This document shows positions 28,696-38,010 of a DNA stretch of 64,000 nucleotides, piece after piece. Position numbers and translations under genes: made by a program. The number at the start of each line of letters is the position of its first letter. Positions within the stretch are counted from its first letter, which is position 1. The notes below the pieces were generated by a model. The model was not told the DNA's origin, did no database searches, and worked only from the letters and a program-made list of their open reading frames with translations. The stretch is from a virus (taxonomy: Duplodnaviria > Heunggongvirae > Uroviricota > Caudoviricetes), in IMG/VR virus record IMGVR_UViG_3300021400_004456. One strand, given 5' to 3'.

Positions 28696-30225
28696 ATGGC
28701 GAAGATCAAATTAAGAAACGGAAAAGAATTTGAAGATAGTGATTTAGTTGTTAAAAACGTTTTCAATGTGACACTAGACTTTGCAAAAGAAAATTGTGGT
28801 AAGAGAGTTCCTCAAAATCTTATGGAATATATTGTCAATACCCTTTTAATAAATTCATCCAGCGAAGCATTTGAAAGAACGCATTTATTTAAAAAGCTAA
28901 AAGATAGATTGCCTGAAGCTATTCAATATAAAAATGGTTATCTTGATAAAACAAAAACTTTTGAAACCATTGCGAATATGATATACGAAGGTTCTAAAAA
29001 AGAAATCGCTTATTTCAATACGGATGGTTCTGTTAATGTAGCAATATCAAAAGATAGATATTTTGTAATTGAATTAGAAAAAGAATGTTGGGTATTAAAA
29101 ACATTTAAAGAGCCTTCTTATAATGGCATTGATATATACGAAAAACAAAAGTTAGCTGCTATGGGTATTGGTCGTGACGACAGTAAAGATAAGATGTTCA
29201 AAGATGCAGAGCAAGAAGTTTTTAAAACAAAAAACTTTACTGCTGAAATGACAGAAGATAGAAAGCGACTTTTATCTAAAGTTGAAGCCGAATTTTCAGC
29301 CGAAAAAAATAATTTAATAAGCAATGTTTCAAAACATTATAATGAAAAAATCAATTTTGAAAAAAATAATCGTTTAAAACTATACGATGAAAAAATTAAA
29401 TTTTATAAAGAAAATGAAAAAGAAATTTTCAAAATTTTATTTAAAGATGAATCCGAAGAAAGGAGTGTTTTACAAAAGGAAATAATTAAATTAATTGAAG
29501 AAAAGAAAACACTTCCTGTTGATGGTAAAACAAAAAGTGAAATTATAAATGCTAAAAAAGAATATGAAAACAAGATTGCAGAATTAAATAGTAAAATTGA
29601 AGAAATTAAAAATAATATTACATTAAAATCAAAAGCAAAATATCATTTGTATGATACATCTCCTAAAAATATAGACAAAATCTTTTTTGAAATTGAAAAG
29701 AAAAACCCTTCTTCATCTTTAGTTGAAGCCAATAAACAAACCACTTTACAAATTGAAAACATTACGGCTAATATCGATGAATTATATAAGAATAAAAAAG
29801 TTATCATTCAAGAAATAAGAGATAACCTTTTAGAAGCAAAAACAAAATATTCTTCTTTTTTGGATAGTCTTGTTGAAGAATTCCCATCCGAGGAACCATC
29901 TAAAATGTCAGCTTTGGTTAAAGAATTAAAAACTATCTATTCCACTGAATTTGCTAATGAAGACGAAAAAACGTCCGCTTTAAAAGATAAATACAAAGAA
30001 ATATATGAAGAAAGCAAAACTACAAAATCTAAATTGGATAAACTATGTAATTATTTAAATTTCCTTGATAAAAACGGTGATAAAGATTATGATGATGTTT
30101 ATGCCGATATCGTTATTTTTTTAAATGAAAATAAAGACATTGAAAACAAAGATAAAATCTGGGAAAAATTAAATGAAATAAATGATAGACACACTCGTTA
30201 TGACGACTATGATCCACCGGAATAA
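28696..30225 (+). CDS. coiled-coil protein
   Basis: 509 aa, Lys/Glu-rich with heptad-like stretches. AGGAGAG RBS. Confidence 0.5.
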   Translation: MAKIKLRNGKEFEDSDLVVKNVFNVTLDFAKENCGKRVPQNLMEYIVNTLLINSSSEAFERTHLFKKLKDRLPEAIQYKNGYLDKTKTFETIANMIYEGSKKEIAYFNTDGSVNVAISKDRYFVIELEKECWVLKTFKEPSYNGIDIYEKQKLAAMGIGRDDSKDKMFKDAEQEVFKTKNFTAEMTEDRKRLLSKVEAEFSAEKNNLISNVSKHYNEKINFEKNNRLKLYDEKIKFYKENEKEIFKILFKDESEERSVLQKEIIKLIEEKKTLPVDGKTKSEIINAKKEYENKIAELNSKIEEIKNNITLKSKAKYHLYDTSPKNIDKIFFEIEKKNPSSSLVEANKQTTLQIENITANIDELYKNKKVIIQEIRDNLLEAKTKYSSFLDSLVEEFPSEEPSKMSALVKELKTIYSTEFANEDEKTSALKDKYKEIYEESKTTKSKLDKLCNYLNFLDKNGDKDYDDVYADIVIFLNENKDIENKDKIWEKLNEINDRHTRYDDYDPPE

Positions 30226-30244
30226 AAAAACGACATTTAAAAAG

Positions 30245-30274
30245 CTAGGATAAAAATATCCTAGTTTTTCTTTT
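30245..30274 (+). terminator. Rho-independent terminator
   Basis: Stem ctaggata/tatcctag followed by ttttt. Confidence 0.7.
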
Positions 30275-30278
30275 AAAT

Positions 30279-30290
30279 AAACACCTAATA
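30279..30290 (+). promoter_or_regulatory. class-A motif
   Basis: aaacacctaata(c), 23 nt before ATG 30313. Confidence 0.45.
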
Positions 30291-30312
30291 CAAGCTATAA
30301 GGAGTAGCATCT

Positions 30313-31239
30313 ATGGAATTAAATAACAATTTTACTTTAAGCGAACAAGCAGTAATAGGCTTAATGCTTAAATTTAATGAATATAAATATAAAACAATTG
30401 ACAATACACTTTCTAATGTTGTATTAATTAATAAAAAACTTAGAAAGAAACTTACTTTACAACCAGAAATAGACAAGGTTCTTTTATCTGTATATGAAAA
30501 AGAAAACAAAAAAAGCGATTATGAACTTTCTTTTACAAATGAATACAAATGCTTTAAAGATGGTTCGATGAGAATTTTTAATTATAGCTGTTACGAAAGC
30601 GATGAAAAAACTTTAAATTTACAATATTTTTATCCTGAGAATGAGGATTGTCCTAATAAAATCGTTCTTAATTTTTTTGACGAAGATGAAATTTTTAAAG
30701 GCGAATTTGAATATGATGGTTATTTTCCTAAAGTTAAAGAAACTTTAACATTTTCTAAAAGCCAATTATTAAGTTTGATTGAAAAGTTAGAAGACGAAGA
30801 AAGAAAAGAAATTGCTTGCAAAAAGGTTGCAGAAAGCACTTTAAATAGTTTTTTTCTTGAAAACAATATCTATTATGATGATGATAAATTTGGTATAGTA
30901 TTTGAAAGAAAAATTTCAGAATTAAATTTTATTATAGAAGATGCTGTCTTGAATCGTAATATTTTTGATTATATTACAAAGCAAGCTGAATTTGATGTCA
31001 TTGCACGACACTATGAAAAAGAAATAGAGCTTTTTATGCATCTTTATATGCCGATTTTTCTTATAATTGCTAATTATATTTTAGAAACAAATAATACATT
31101 AGAACAGTCTTTAATTAAAAAGAAAATATATCCGGTTGATGCCGTTAACAAAGTTGCTTTCGTTTGTGATTTCTTTAATTTTTCATCTCCTGATTTTCAT
31201 AAAATCTTAGAAATGGTTGCCGATGAACTTGGCCTCTAA
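30313..31239 (+). CDS. hypothetical protein
   Basis: AAGGAG RBS. Class-A motif at 30279-30290. Confidence 0.5.
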   Translation: MELNNNFTLSEQAVIGLMLKFNEYKYKTIDNTLSNVVLINKKLRKKLTLQPEIDKVLLSVYEKENKKSDYELSFTNEYKCFKDGSMRIFNYSCYESDEKTLNLQYFYPENEDCPNKIVLNFFDEDEIFKGEFEYDGYFPKVKETLTFSKSQLLSLIEKLEDEERKEIACKKVAESTLNSFFLENNIYYDDDKFGIVFERKISELNFIIEDAVLNRNIFDYITKQAEFDVIARHYEKEIELFMHLYMPIFLIIANYILETNNTLEQSLIKKKIYPVDAVNKVAFVCDFFNFSSPDFHKILEMVADELGL

Positions 31240-31250
31240 TTTTTGTAGCA

Positions 31251-31287
31251 AATAAAAAAAGACACACTTTGTGTCTTTTATTTTTTA
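31251..31287. terminator. bidirectional Rho-independent terminator between convergent genes
   Basis: Stem agacac/gtgtct is flanked by an A-run on the 5' side and a T-run on the 3' side, serving both the plus gene ending at 31239 and the minus gene ending at 31285. Confidence 0.6.
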
Positions 31288-31698
31288 AATTACTTCATTC
31301 CAATAATTTGAAATCAAATGGAAATCTCGAGGACTATAATTAGGACAATCATAATTGTCATTAATCATAACATTATATAATTCTTTTTTTAATACACGAC
31401 GAATTTTGCGATTACATTTTTGTCTTATCTTTTTATCGTTACAAGAATACCTTTTTAATCTAATAACTTCATCATTACTATTTCTCAATAATCCCTTAGA
31501 AGTTAAAAATAACTTTTCTATATAATCACGTCTGTAAGGCTCTGGTAAATCATAAACTTTAACATCATTGATATACCAATCGTTAATGTTTTTAAGTTTA
31601 ACACCAGTAAGACTTATATCTCTGTGCTTTGTTTTTAAAAATAATTTCTTTAGTTTGATTTTTTCTACGAGTTTAGATTTTTTATTCATTTTCCTCAC
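31285..31698 (-). CDS. hypothetical basic protein (only minus-strand gene in window)
   Basis: 137 aa, Lys/Arg-rich. GAGGTGAGG RBS on the minus strand. It shares a bidirectional terminator with the upstream plus-strand gene. Confidence 0.5.
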   Translation of the reverse strand: MRKMNKKSKLVEKIKLKKLFLKTKHRDISLTGVKLKNINDWYINDVKVYDLPEPYRRDYIEKLFLTSKGLLRNSNDEVIRLKRYSCNDKKIRQKCNRKIRRVLKKELYNVMINDNYDCPNYSPRDFHLISNYWNEVI

Positions 31699-31730
31699 CT
31701 CTTAAATCTTTCTAATCCTCTTATGTTTTC

Positions 31731-31742
31731 TTTAAAACATAA
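31731..31742 (+). promoter_or_regulatory. class-B motif
   Basis: tttaaaacataa, 38 nt before ligA ATG. Confidence 0.5.
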
Positions 31743-31779
31743 CAATTGTTGTATTTCAAATATATAGAAGGAGAAAAAT

Positions 31780-33759
31780 ATGTTAGAAGAAATTAAACAA
31801 AAAATTGAATTATTAACAAAATATTTAAATAAGGCTGCTATGGATTATTACACTTATGATAATCCGACTATCAGTGATGATGAATATGATAGATGCTATG
31901 CTGAATTAGTGGAACTTGAAAAGAAGTATCCACAATTTAAGGTGCCTGGTTCACCAACTGAACGTGTTGGAGATAAAGTCTTAACAAAGTTTGAAAAGGT
32001 TGAACATAAGCAAAAGATGTTATCTATTTCAGATGTATTTAATACTACTGAAGTTGAAGATTGGCAAAAAAATATGGAAAAGGAATATCCTGATATTACT
32101 TATTGTGCCGAACTTAAAATTGACGGTTTATCAGTATCTGCAATTTATAAGGATGGTGTATTAGTTCAAGCTTCTACAAGAGGTAATGGTGCTGTAGGAG
32201 AAGATATTACTAATAATGTAAAAATGATAAACTCTATTCCATTAGTTTTAAATGAACCTTTAAATATTGAAGTTAGAGGTGAAATTTATATGCCAAAAGC
32301 ATCTTTTGAAGAAGTTAACGCTTCAAGATTCGCTCAAGGTTTAGAATTATTTGCAAATCCTAGAAACTGTGCTTCTGGAACTATTAAGTCTTTAGATCCT
32401 AGAATTGTTAAGGAAAGAAAATTAGATAATTTTATGTATCAAATTATTGATCCTGAAAATTATGGTTTAAAAACTCAACACGATGCTGTAATGTATTTAA
32501 AGAAGTTAGGTTTTAAGATTTCAAGTGAACCATTTGAAACTAAGAACTTAGAAGAGCTTATGAATTATATTGAACGTTTTAGAACAGAAAAAGATACTTT
32601 ATCTTATCCTGTAGATGGTATGGTTGTCAAAGTAAATGAATTCAATGTTTACAATGATATTGGCTATACATCTAAAACTCCAAAGTTTTATATAGCTTAT
32701 AAGTATCCTGCTCCAATGGCTGAAACAATTTTAAATAGTATTACTTATCAAGTTGGAAGAACTGGTAAAGTAACTCCTGTAGCAAACTTTAATACAGTTA
32801 ATATTTCCGGAACTGATGTTTCTCGTGCAACTTTAAATAATGAAGATTATATCATTATGAAAGACATTCGTGTAGGTGATACAATTAGAGTTAGAAAATC
32901 TGGCGAAATTATTCCAGAAGTTGCAGAAGTTGTTTTAGAAAAAAGACCTGTTTCATCTAAACCATTTGAGTTTATAAAAATGTGTCCTTGTTGTAATCAA
33001 CCTCTTCATAAAAAAGAAGATATGTCTGATTATTTTTGCTTGAACGAAAATTGTTCATCAAGAAGAGTAAATTCTTTAATTCATTTTGCTTCTAGAGAGG
33101 CGATGAATATTGAAGGCTTAGGAGATAGAACTTGTGAAATGTTCTATGAACTAGGCTTACTTACAGACATTCTATCTATTTTTAAGTTAAAAGAAAAGCG
33201 TGAAACTTTACTTAGAATAGAAGGCTTTGGTGAAAAGTCTGTTAATAATTTATTACAGGCTATTGAAGATTGTAAGAAGCGTGATGGAGCAAACGTATTA
33301 TTTGCATTAGGAATTAAAAATGTAGGATTATCAACAGCTAAAGACTTATTAGATGTCTTTGAAAATATTCCCGCCTTATCTACTGCAACTTATGATGAAT
33401 TAATTTCAATTGATGGAATTGGTGAAACTGTAGCAAATAGTATTATTGAATATTTCCATAAGAATACTTTTATTTTAGGTGATTTAATGGATTTAAATAT
33501 CAATTTACATCATCAAATTAAAAAGGCTGAAAGTAATGCTTTAAATGGTGCTACATTTGTAATAACTGGAACATTAAGTAAGCCTAGAAAAGAAATTGAA
33601 GATTTAATCACTAGTCACGGTGGTAAGATTTCAGGTTCTGTTTCTAAAAAGACAAATTATTTAGTTTGTGGTGAGGCTGCCGGTTCAAAGCTTGCTAAAG
33701 CTCAAGAGTTAGGAGTTAAAATTCTTTCCGAACAAGAATTACTAGATTTGACTCGATAA
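31780..33759 (+). CDS. ligA: NAD-dependent DNA ligase
   Basis: Adenylation motif ELKIDGLS (KxDG), OB domain, Cys4 zinc finger (CPCC..C..C), HhH repeats and C-terminal BRCT-like domain. 659 aa. Confidence 0.9.
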   Translation: MLEEIKQKIELLTKYLNKAAMDYYTYDNPTISDDEYDRCYAELVELEKKYPQFKVPGSPTERVGDKVLTKFEKVEHKQKMLSISDVFNTTEVEDWQKNMEKEYPDITYCAELKIDGLSVSAIYKDGVLVQASTRGNGAVGEDITNNVKMINSIPLVLNEPLNIEVRGEIYMPKASFEEVNASRFAQGLELFANPRNCASGTIKSLDPRIVKERKLDNFMYQIIDPENYGLKTQHDAVMYLKKLGFKISSEPFETKNLEELMNYIERFRTEKDTLSYPVDGMVVKVNEFNVYNDIGYTSKTPKFYIAYKYPAPMAETILNSITYQVGRTGKVTPVANFNTVNISGTDVSRATLNNEDYIIMKDIRVGDTIRVRKSGEIIPEVAEVVLEKRPVSSKPFEFIKMCPCCNQPLHKKEDMSDYFCLNENCSSRRVNSLIHFASREAMNIEGLGDRTCEMFYELGLLTDILSIFKLKEKRETLLRIEGFGEKSVNNLLQAIEDCKKRDGANVLFALGIKNVGLSTAKDLLDVFENIPALSTATYDELISIDGIGETVANSIIEYFHKNTFILGDLMDLNINLHHQIKKAESNALNGATFVITGTLSKPRKEIEDLITSHGGKISGSVSKKTNYLVCGEAAGSKLAKAQELGVKILSEQELLDLTR

Positions 33760-33765
33760 AAAATT

Positions 33766-33790
33766 AAAGTCCTTTCGAGGACTTTTTTTG
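33766..33790 (+). terminator. Rho-independent terminator after ligA
   Basis: Stem aaagtcct/aggacttt (loop ttcg) followed by ttttttt. Confidence 0.7.
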
Positions 33791-33801
33791 TTAAAACATA
33801 A
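33791..33801 (+). promoter_or_regulatory. class-B motif opening the ORF-free island
   Basis: ttaaaacataa directly after the ligA terminator. There is no protein gene downstream. Confidence 0.45.
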
Positions 33802-33914
33802 TGGTAGTAGATATTTTCTAATAAAGAGGAAATGTTTAGAGAAAACGTTAGTTTATAAAAACAAAGGTTATTTATTTTAAGAGATTCATAAACGTCTTTA
33901 AATAATGTTAGTTT

Positions 33915-33980
33915 CATCTTTGCTGACGCAGCAAAGATGATCCTGCGTAATGGTCGCAGGATCGAGTGGTTTTTCTCGTA
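33915..33980 (+). ncRNA. structured RNA-like module M1 (hairpin A + GATC-closed hairpin B + GAGT)
   Basis: Stem A is catctttgctg/cagcaaagatg (11 bp). Stem B is gatcctgcg/cgcaggatc (9 bp). These are followed by gagtgg and ttttt. Confidence 0.35.
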
Positions 33981-34067
33981 ATTCAAAAAGAAACTTTAAT
34001 TCTACAATGAATGAAAGCTTATTATTATTAAAAAGTTTGTAGAAGCTTATAATAAGTGTTAATTTAA

Positions 34068-34160
34068 AATTCATTTACGCAGAACGTATAAGCTTCCAGC
34101 TTCTACGAGCTGAGTAAATGAATTTGATCTTATCCTTCAGATAAGATCGAGTTCATTTTC
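34068..34160 (+). ncRNA. structured RNA-like module M2
   Basis: Stem A is aattcattta/taaatgaatt (10 bp, long interior). Stem B is gatcttatc/gataagatc (9 bp). These are followed by gagttc and tttt. The terminator at 34181-34209 follows. Confidence 0.35.
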
Positions 34161-34180
34161 TTTTTGAGTTTTAAAAAATA

Positions 34181-34209
34181 AGATTGCTTAACGGCAATCT
34201 TTTTATTTT
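34181..34209 (+). terminator. Rho-independent terminator inside the ORF-free island
   Basis: Stem agattgc/gcaatct (loop ttaacg) followed by ttttatttt. Confidence 0.6.
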
Positions 34210-34214
34210 GTGTA

Positions 34215-34227
34215 AAACACCTAATAT
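34215..34227 (+). promoter_or_regulatory. class-A motif inside the ORF-free island (no protein gene downstream for about 540 nt)
   Basis: aaacacctaatat directly after terminator 34181-34209. Confidence 0.45.
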
Positions 34228-34399
34228 TATATAGAAAACAAACATTTTGTTTAAAAATATTTGCAAAAATGTAAGGGCTTGATATGAAAAAATAAGTGCG
34301 TAAATGCTTTTATCAAGTGTTAACATTAACCCGATCCTTCAAAGAAGGAGTCGGGTTGATTGACCAACGGTCAATCGATTTCCTTTTGTTTTCTAGAAA

Positions 34400-34432
34400 G
34401 TCATCTTTTATTTTTATAAAGGTGACTTTTTT
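34400..34432 (+). terminator. terminator-like hairpin
   Basis: Stem gtcatcttt/aaaggtgac followed by tttttt. Confidence 0.4.
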
Positions 34433-34579
34433 CTTTTTCAAAAATAAAAAATAAACATAATTAAATTGTTAATTTTTCATTTAGAAAAAAATAACTTGAG
34501 AAAAATTTATAATAGTCAAAATGACAAAAGGCATAAAACATTAAATAGGTTCTTGACTACTTGCTTTATGTGTATAGTC

Positions 34580-34670
34580 CAGATTTCAGTAACATATGAA
34601 ATTTATTTCATAAATTTCATAAGTAACAGAAATCTGATCTTTATCATTCTGATAAAGATCGAGTTACTTT
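34580..34670 (+). ncRNA. structured RNA-like module M3 (candidate sRNA about 34585-34711)
   Basis: TTGACT (34553-58) and TATAGT (34573-78) lie upstream. Stem A is cagatttc/gaaatctg. Stem B is gatctttatc/gataaagatc (10 bp). These are followed by gagtta, and a terminator at 34684-34711. Confidence 0.35.
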
Positions 34671-34683
34671 CTCAAAAACAAAA

Positions 34684-34711
34684 AAGATTATCATATGATA
34701 GTCTTTTTTTT
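34684..34711 (+). terminator. Rho-independent terminator closing candidate sRNA unit M3
   Basis: Near-palindrome agattatca-tatgatagtct followed by T8. Confidence 0.55.
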
Positions 34712-34769
34712 ATGAAAACATAACAAAATTGTTTTAAAATAAATTAAGAGAAAAAATACGGAGGAATTT

Positions 34770-35648
34770 ATGAATGGTATTTTAAATATAAAAGAACTTG
34801 AAAAAGTATTTACTAAAAATGGTGCATACACTTTCTTACTATCGTTAAAAAATAAAGGTTTATATGCAGGTTCATTAACTGCATCGATGACAAAAAAGGA
34901 ATTAATATATATTATTTTTGAATCATTCTGCCAAGAGTGGATTCCAACTATAAGGGAAGCATTTGAAGCTTCTGAAAAATACAAGACTTATAGTTCTTCA
35001 TACGTTAAGAGATATATTAATTCGGTTCAAAAGGAATGTAAGAAATTAAATATTGATCTGAATGAAAAATATGCTCAGTTCGATACAATTAATTCTACTT
35101 GTTTCCCGCCAAAAACGATGTCGGTTACAAGAAAGTCATTCAGGGATACAATAAAGAAGACTAAGCGTGAAGCTGAAATTGCTTGTTGTCATAAGAATTG
35201 GGCAATGGCTAGAAGTTTAGCAGCTGAAAGTTTGCTTTATAAAAACATTCCTGACTTAATTCCAAGTTTTGGAAATGTAGCTGGTGCGGATGTTTGGTTA
35301 AACTGTATGTCATTTGATGTAAAGAATTGTGGATATATACCTCAAGATTTTATTGATACACATACAACTAAGGAATTATCCGGAGTTGAATATGCTAAAA
35401 AACATCCTGCTGAATTAGCAAAATTCTTATACGAAAATCAAAATGTTTTAAGAACTAATGGACTTGATCCAAATAAAATTAAGAATTATAGAATTTTTAT
35501 TGTTTCAACTAATCCAGATAAGAATCAGATAGATTTAGATGCTATGAATGAAGCAATTAAAAACACTGATTTTAGTAAATTAATTAATATTAAATTTGAA
35601 TATGCTAATCAGATACATAACACAAGTTGTTACGTAATATTCTACTAA
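34770..35648 (+). CDS. hypothetical protein
   Basis: 292-aa ORF with CGGAGG RBS. Confidence 0.5.
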   Translation: MNGILNIKELEKVFTKNGAYTFLLSLKNKGLYAGSLTASMTKKELIYIIFESFCQEWIPTIREAFEASEKYKTYSSSYVKRYINSVQKECKKLNIDLNEKYAQFDTINSTCFPPKTMSVTRKSFRDTIKKTKREAEIACCHKNWAMARSLAAESLLYKNIPDLIPSFGNVAGADVWLNCMSFDVKNCGYIPQDFIDTHTTKELSGVEYAKKHPAELAKFLYENQNVLRTNGLDPNKIKNYRIFIVSTNPDKNQIDLDAMNEAIKNTDFSKLINIKFEYANQIHNTSCYVIFY

Positions 35649-35654
35649 AAATGA

Positions 35655-35680
35655 ACGAGAGACTTCTCTCGTTTTTCTTT
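35655..35680 (+). terminator. Rho-independent terminator
   Basis: Stem cgagag/ctctcg followed by tttttc. Confidence 0.55.
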
Positions 35681-35706
35681 TCTAAAAAGAAGTTAAAATG
35701 AACTTT

Positions 35707-35717
35707 CAAAAACATAA
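35707..35717 (+). promoter_or_regulatory. class-B motif
   Basis: caaaaacataa, 45 nt before nrdD ATG. Confidence 0.5.
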
Positions 35718-35761
35718 AATGATAGCAAACCGAAAAATAAAACATAGGAGGATTTTAAATT

Positions 35762-37957
35762 ATGAATGACATTTTTGTTATAAAGAAAAATGGTGCTTTA
35801 GAACCTTTTTCTAACGAGAAAATTATTAAAGCGGTTAATAAAGCTCAAGCTAGAGTTGATGTTGAATTAACAAAAGCAGAGCAAGATTTTATTTGTTCTT
35901 ATGTAGTTAAAAAAATTGAAAATAACTGCCCCGAAATAGAAGGACAAATTAGAATGGGCGTGTATGAATTACATCCAATTGTAGAAGAAGCCCTTGAACA
36001 AGTTAATAAAAAAGTTGCAAAATCTTATAAAGAATATCGTGATTATAAAAAGCAAAATAATGAAATGCTTGAAACTATCTTATCTGAAAATGAAACTTTA
36101 GAAACTGAGGGTAATAAAGATAACGCAAATGCGGATTCAAGACTTATTACAACAAAACGTTTCTTAGAGGGTTGTGCTTTATCAAAGGCATCATATCAAA
36201 GATTTTATTTATCTCCAAAAGAAGTTCAAGCTAATAATGATGGATATATTTATATTCACGATTTAGCATTAAGAAAATATACTTTTAACTGTTGTGTTGC
36301 GAATTTTCAAAATATTTTAAATGGCGGATTTATGATGGGTTCCATTCATTATGTAGAACCTAAAACATTAGAGGCATTTTTTAACGTTGCTGGAGACGTT
36401 ACTTTATCTGCCTCATCTCAGCAATACGGTGGTTTCAGTATTCCTGAATTTGATACTCTTTCTGCAAAGTATGCAAAATTAAGTTTTGATAAATATTTTG
36501 AAGAAGAGAAAACAAATATTGAAAAGAAATTAGCTCGTAGAGGGTTATCTTTAACCGAAGAAGATATCGAAGATTGTCGTCAAACGGCTTTAGATAAAGT
36601 TCGTGCTGATTATAGACAAGGTTTCCAAGGATTAGAATGTATGTTAAATTCTTGTGCTAATGCTAAAGGCGACTATTCCTTCGTATCTTTAAGCTTTGGA
36701 CTAGGCGAAGGTATTTTTGAGCAAATGGCAACAGAAGAAATATTAAAAGTAAGAATGGAAGGTCAAGGCCCAAAAGGTCATAAAAAACCTGTATTATTCC
36801 CTAAATTAATTTTCTTATATGATGAAAAGAAACACGCAGAAGGTTGTCCTTTACATCATTTATTCTTAATGGCTCGTGATTGTTCTTGCGTTTGTATGTA
36901 TCCTGACTACTTTAATGTAAGACAAGTTGAAGAAGAAACAGCAAGAAATTATGAAAAATATGGAAAAGCAGTTACCCCAATGGGTTGTCGTTCTGCTGTA
37001 TCACCATTCTATGAAAGTGGAAATTATACTCAAGTAGATGAAAATGATATTCCTGTTACCCAAGGAAGATTTAATATTGGAGTTGTTTCTTTAAATCTAC
37101 CAATGATTTTAGCTAAGGCTCGTAAGAATAAAAAGGATTTCTATCAAGTATTAGACTATTACCTAGATATTATTCGTGGTATTCATAAAAAAACTAGAGC
37201 TCAATTATCTAAACTTAAAGCATCTTCTAACCCATTAATGTTTATGGAAGGTGGTTTATGGCACGGTAATTTACAAGCAAACGATACTATCGAACCTATT
37301 ATGAAAGCGGCAACAGCTTCGTTTGGTATTACGGCTTTAAATGAACTTCAAAGATTATATAATGGTAAATCTTTAATTGAAGATAATCAATTTGCACTTG
37401 AAGTTAGCCAGTATATTTTCAATAAATTAAAGGAATTTAAAGCAGAAGATGGCATAGCTTATTCAATCTACGGTACGCCTGCAGAAAGCCTTTCGGGAAA
37501 ACAAGTTCTTCAATTTAGAAACAAATTTGGAATAATTGAAGGCGTATCAGATAGAGATTATTTCTCTAACTCATTCCATTGTCACGTTTCAGAAAATATT
37601 ACTCCAATTGAAAAGCAAAAATATGAAGAACAATTCTGGCCATATTTTTCTGGTGGTAGAATTCAATACAATAGAATTGCAAGACCTGATATAAACAAGG
37701 ATGCAGTTTTAACTTGTATAAATGAAGCTATGAAAAGAAAATTCTATTATGGTGTAAATTTCCCTGCATCATATTGTGAAAAATGTGGAAAATCGTTTAC
37801 TGAACCAGTTAATTATTGTCCACATTGTGGTGCTCCTGAAAAATTCATTACTACTTATGATAGAGTATGTGGATACTTAGGACAAACTAGAGTTGCTGGT
37901 GATACAAGATTAAATAAAGCAAAATTATGCGAAATCAAAGATCGTAAATCTATGTAA
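35762..37957 (+). CDS. nrdD: anaerobic ribonucleoside-triphosphate reductase (class III)
   Basis: N-terminal ATP-cone (VIKKNGALEPFSNEKI), C-terminal Zn ribbon (CEKCG..CPHCG) and glycyl-radical motif RVCGYLG. 731 aa. Confidence 0.9.
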   Translation: MNDIFVIKKNGALEPFSNEKIIKAVNKAQARVDVELTKAEQDFICSYVVKKIENNCPEIEGQIRMGVYELHPIVEEALEQVNKKVAKSYKEYRDYKKQNNEMLETILSENETLETEGNKDNANADSRLITTKRFLEGCALSKASYQRFYLSPKEVQANNDGYIYIHDLALRKYTFNCCVANFQNILNGGFMMGSIHYVEPKTLEAFFNVAGDVTLSASSQQYGGFSIPEFDTLSAKYAKLSFDKYFEEEKTNIEKKLARRGLSLTEEDIEDCRQTALDKVRADYRQGFQGLECMLNSCANAKGDYSFVSLSFGLGEGIFEQMATEEILKVRMEGQGPKGHKKPVLFPKLIFLYDEKKHAEGCPLHHLFLMARDCSCVCMYPDYFNVRQVEEETARNYEKYGKAVTPMGCRSAVSPFYESGNYTQVDENDIPVTQGRFNIGVVSLNLPMILAKARKNKKDFYQVLDYYLDIIRGIHKKTRAQLSKLKASSNPLMFMEGGLWHGNLQANDTIEPIMKAATASFGITALNELQRLYNGKSLIEDNQFALEVSQYIFNKLKEFKAEDGIAYSIYGTPAESLSGKQVLQFRNKFGIIEGVSDRDYFSNSFHCHVSENITPIEKQKYEEQFWPYFSGGRIQYNRIARPDINKDAVLTCINEAMKRKFYYGVNFPASYCEKCGKSFTEPVNYCPHCGAPEKFITTYDRVCGYLGQTRVAGDTRLNKAKLCEIKDRKSM

Positions 37958-38010
37958 AGGGATAAAAGAGTTGTTTGTTTTAGCAGGCAACTTTTTTATT
38001 CAAAAAAATT

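Noticed and set aside
33930-34670. Hammerhead or other known small self-cleaving ribozyme in the repeated modules
   Set aside because: No CUGAUGA...GAAAC core or other recognisable catalytic consensus is present. This was assessed by eye only.
33900-34700. tRNA genes or a tRNA cluster in the ORF-free island
   Set aside because: The hairpins do not form cloverleafs. There is no T-loop GTTCRANYC, no conserved D-loop, and no CCA-proximal acceptor pairing.
35762-37957. Group I intron or homing endonuclease interrupting nrdD (as in T4)
   Set aside because: nrdD is a single uninterrupted 731-codon ORF with both the N-terminal ATP-cone and the C-terminal glycyl-radical motif. The adjacent non-coding island is upstream of the gene, not inside it.
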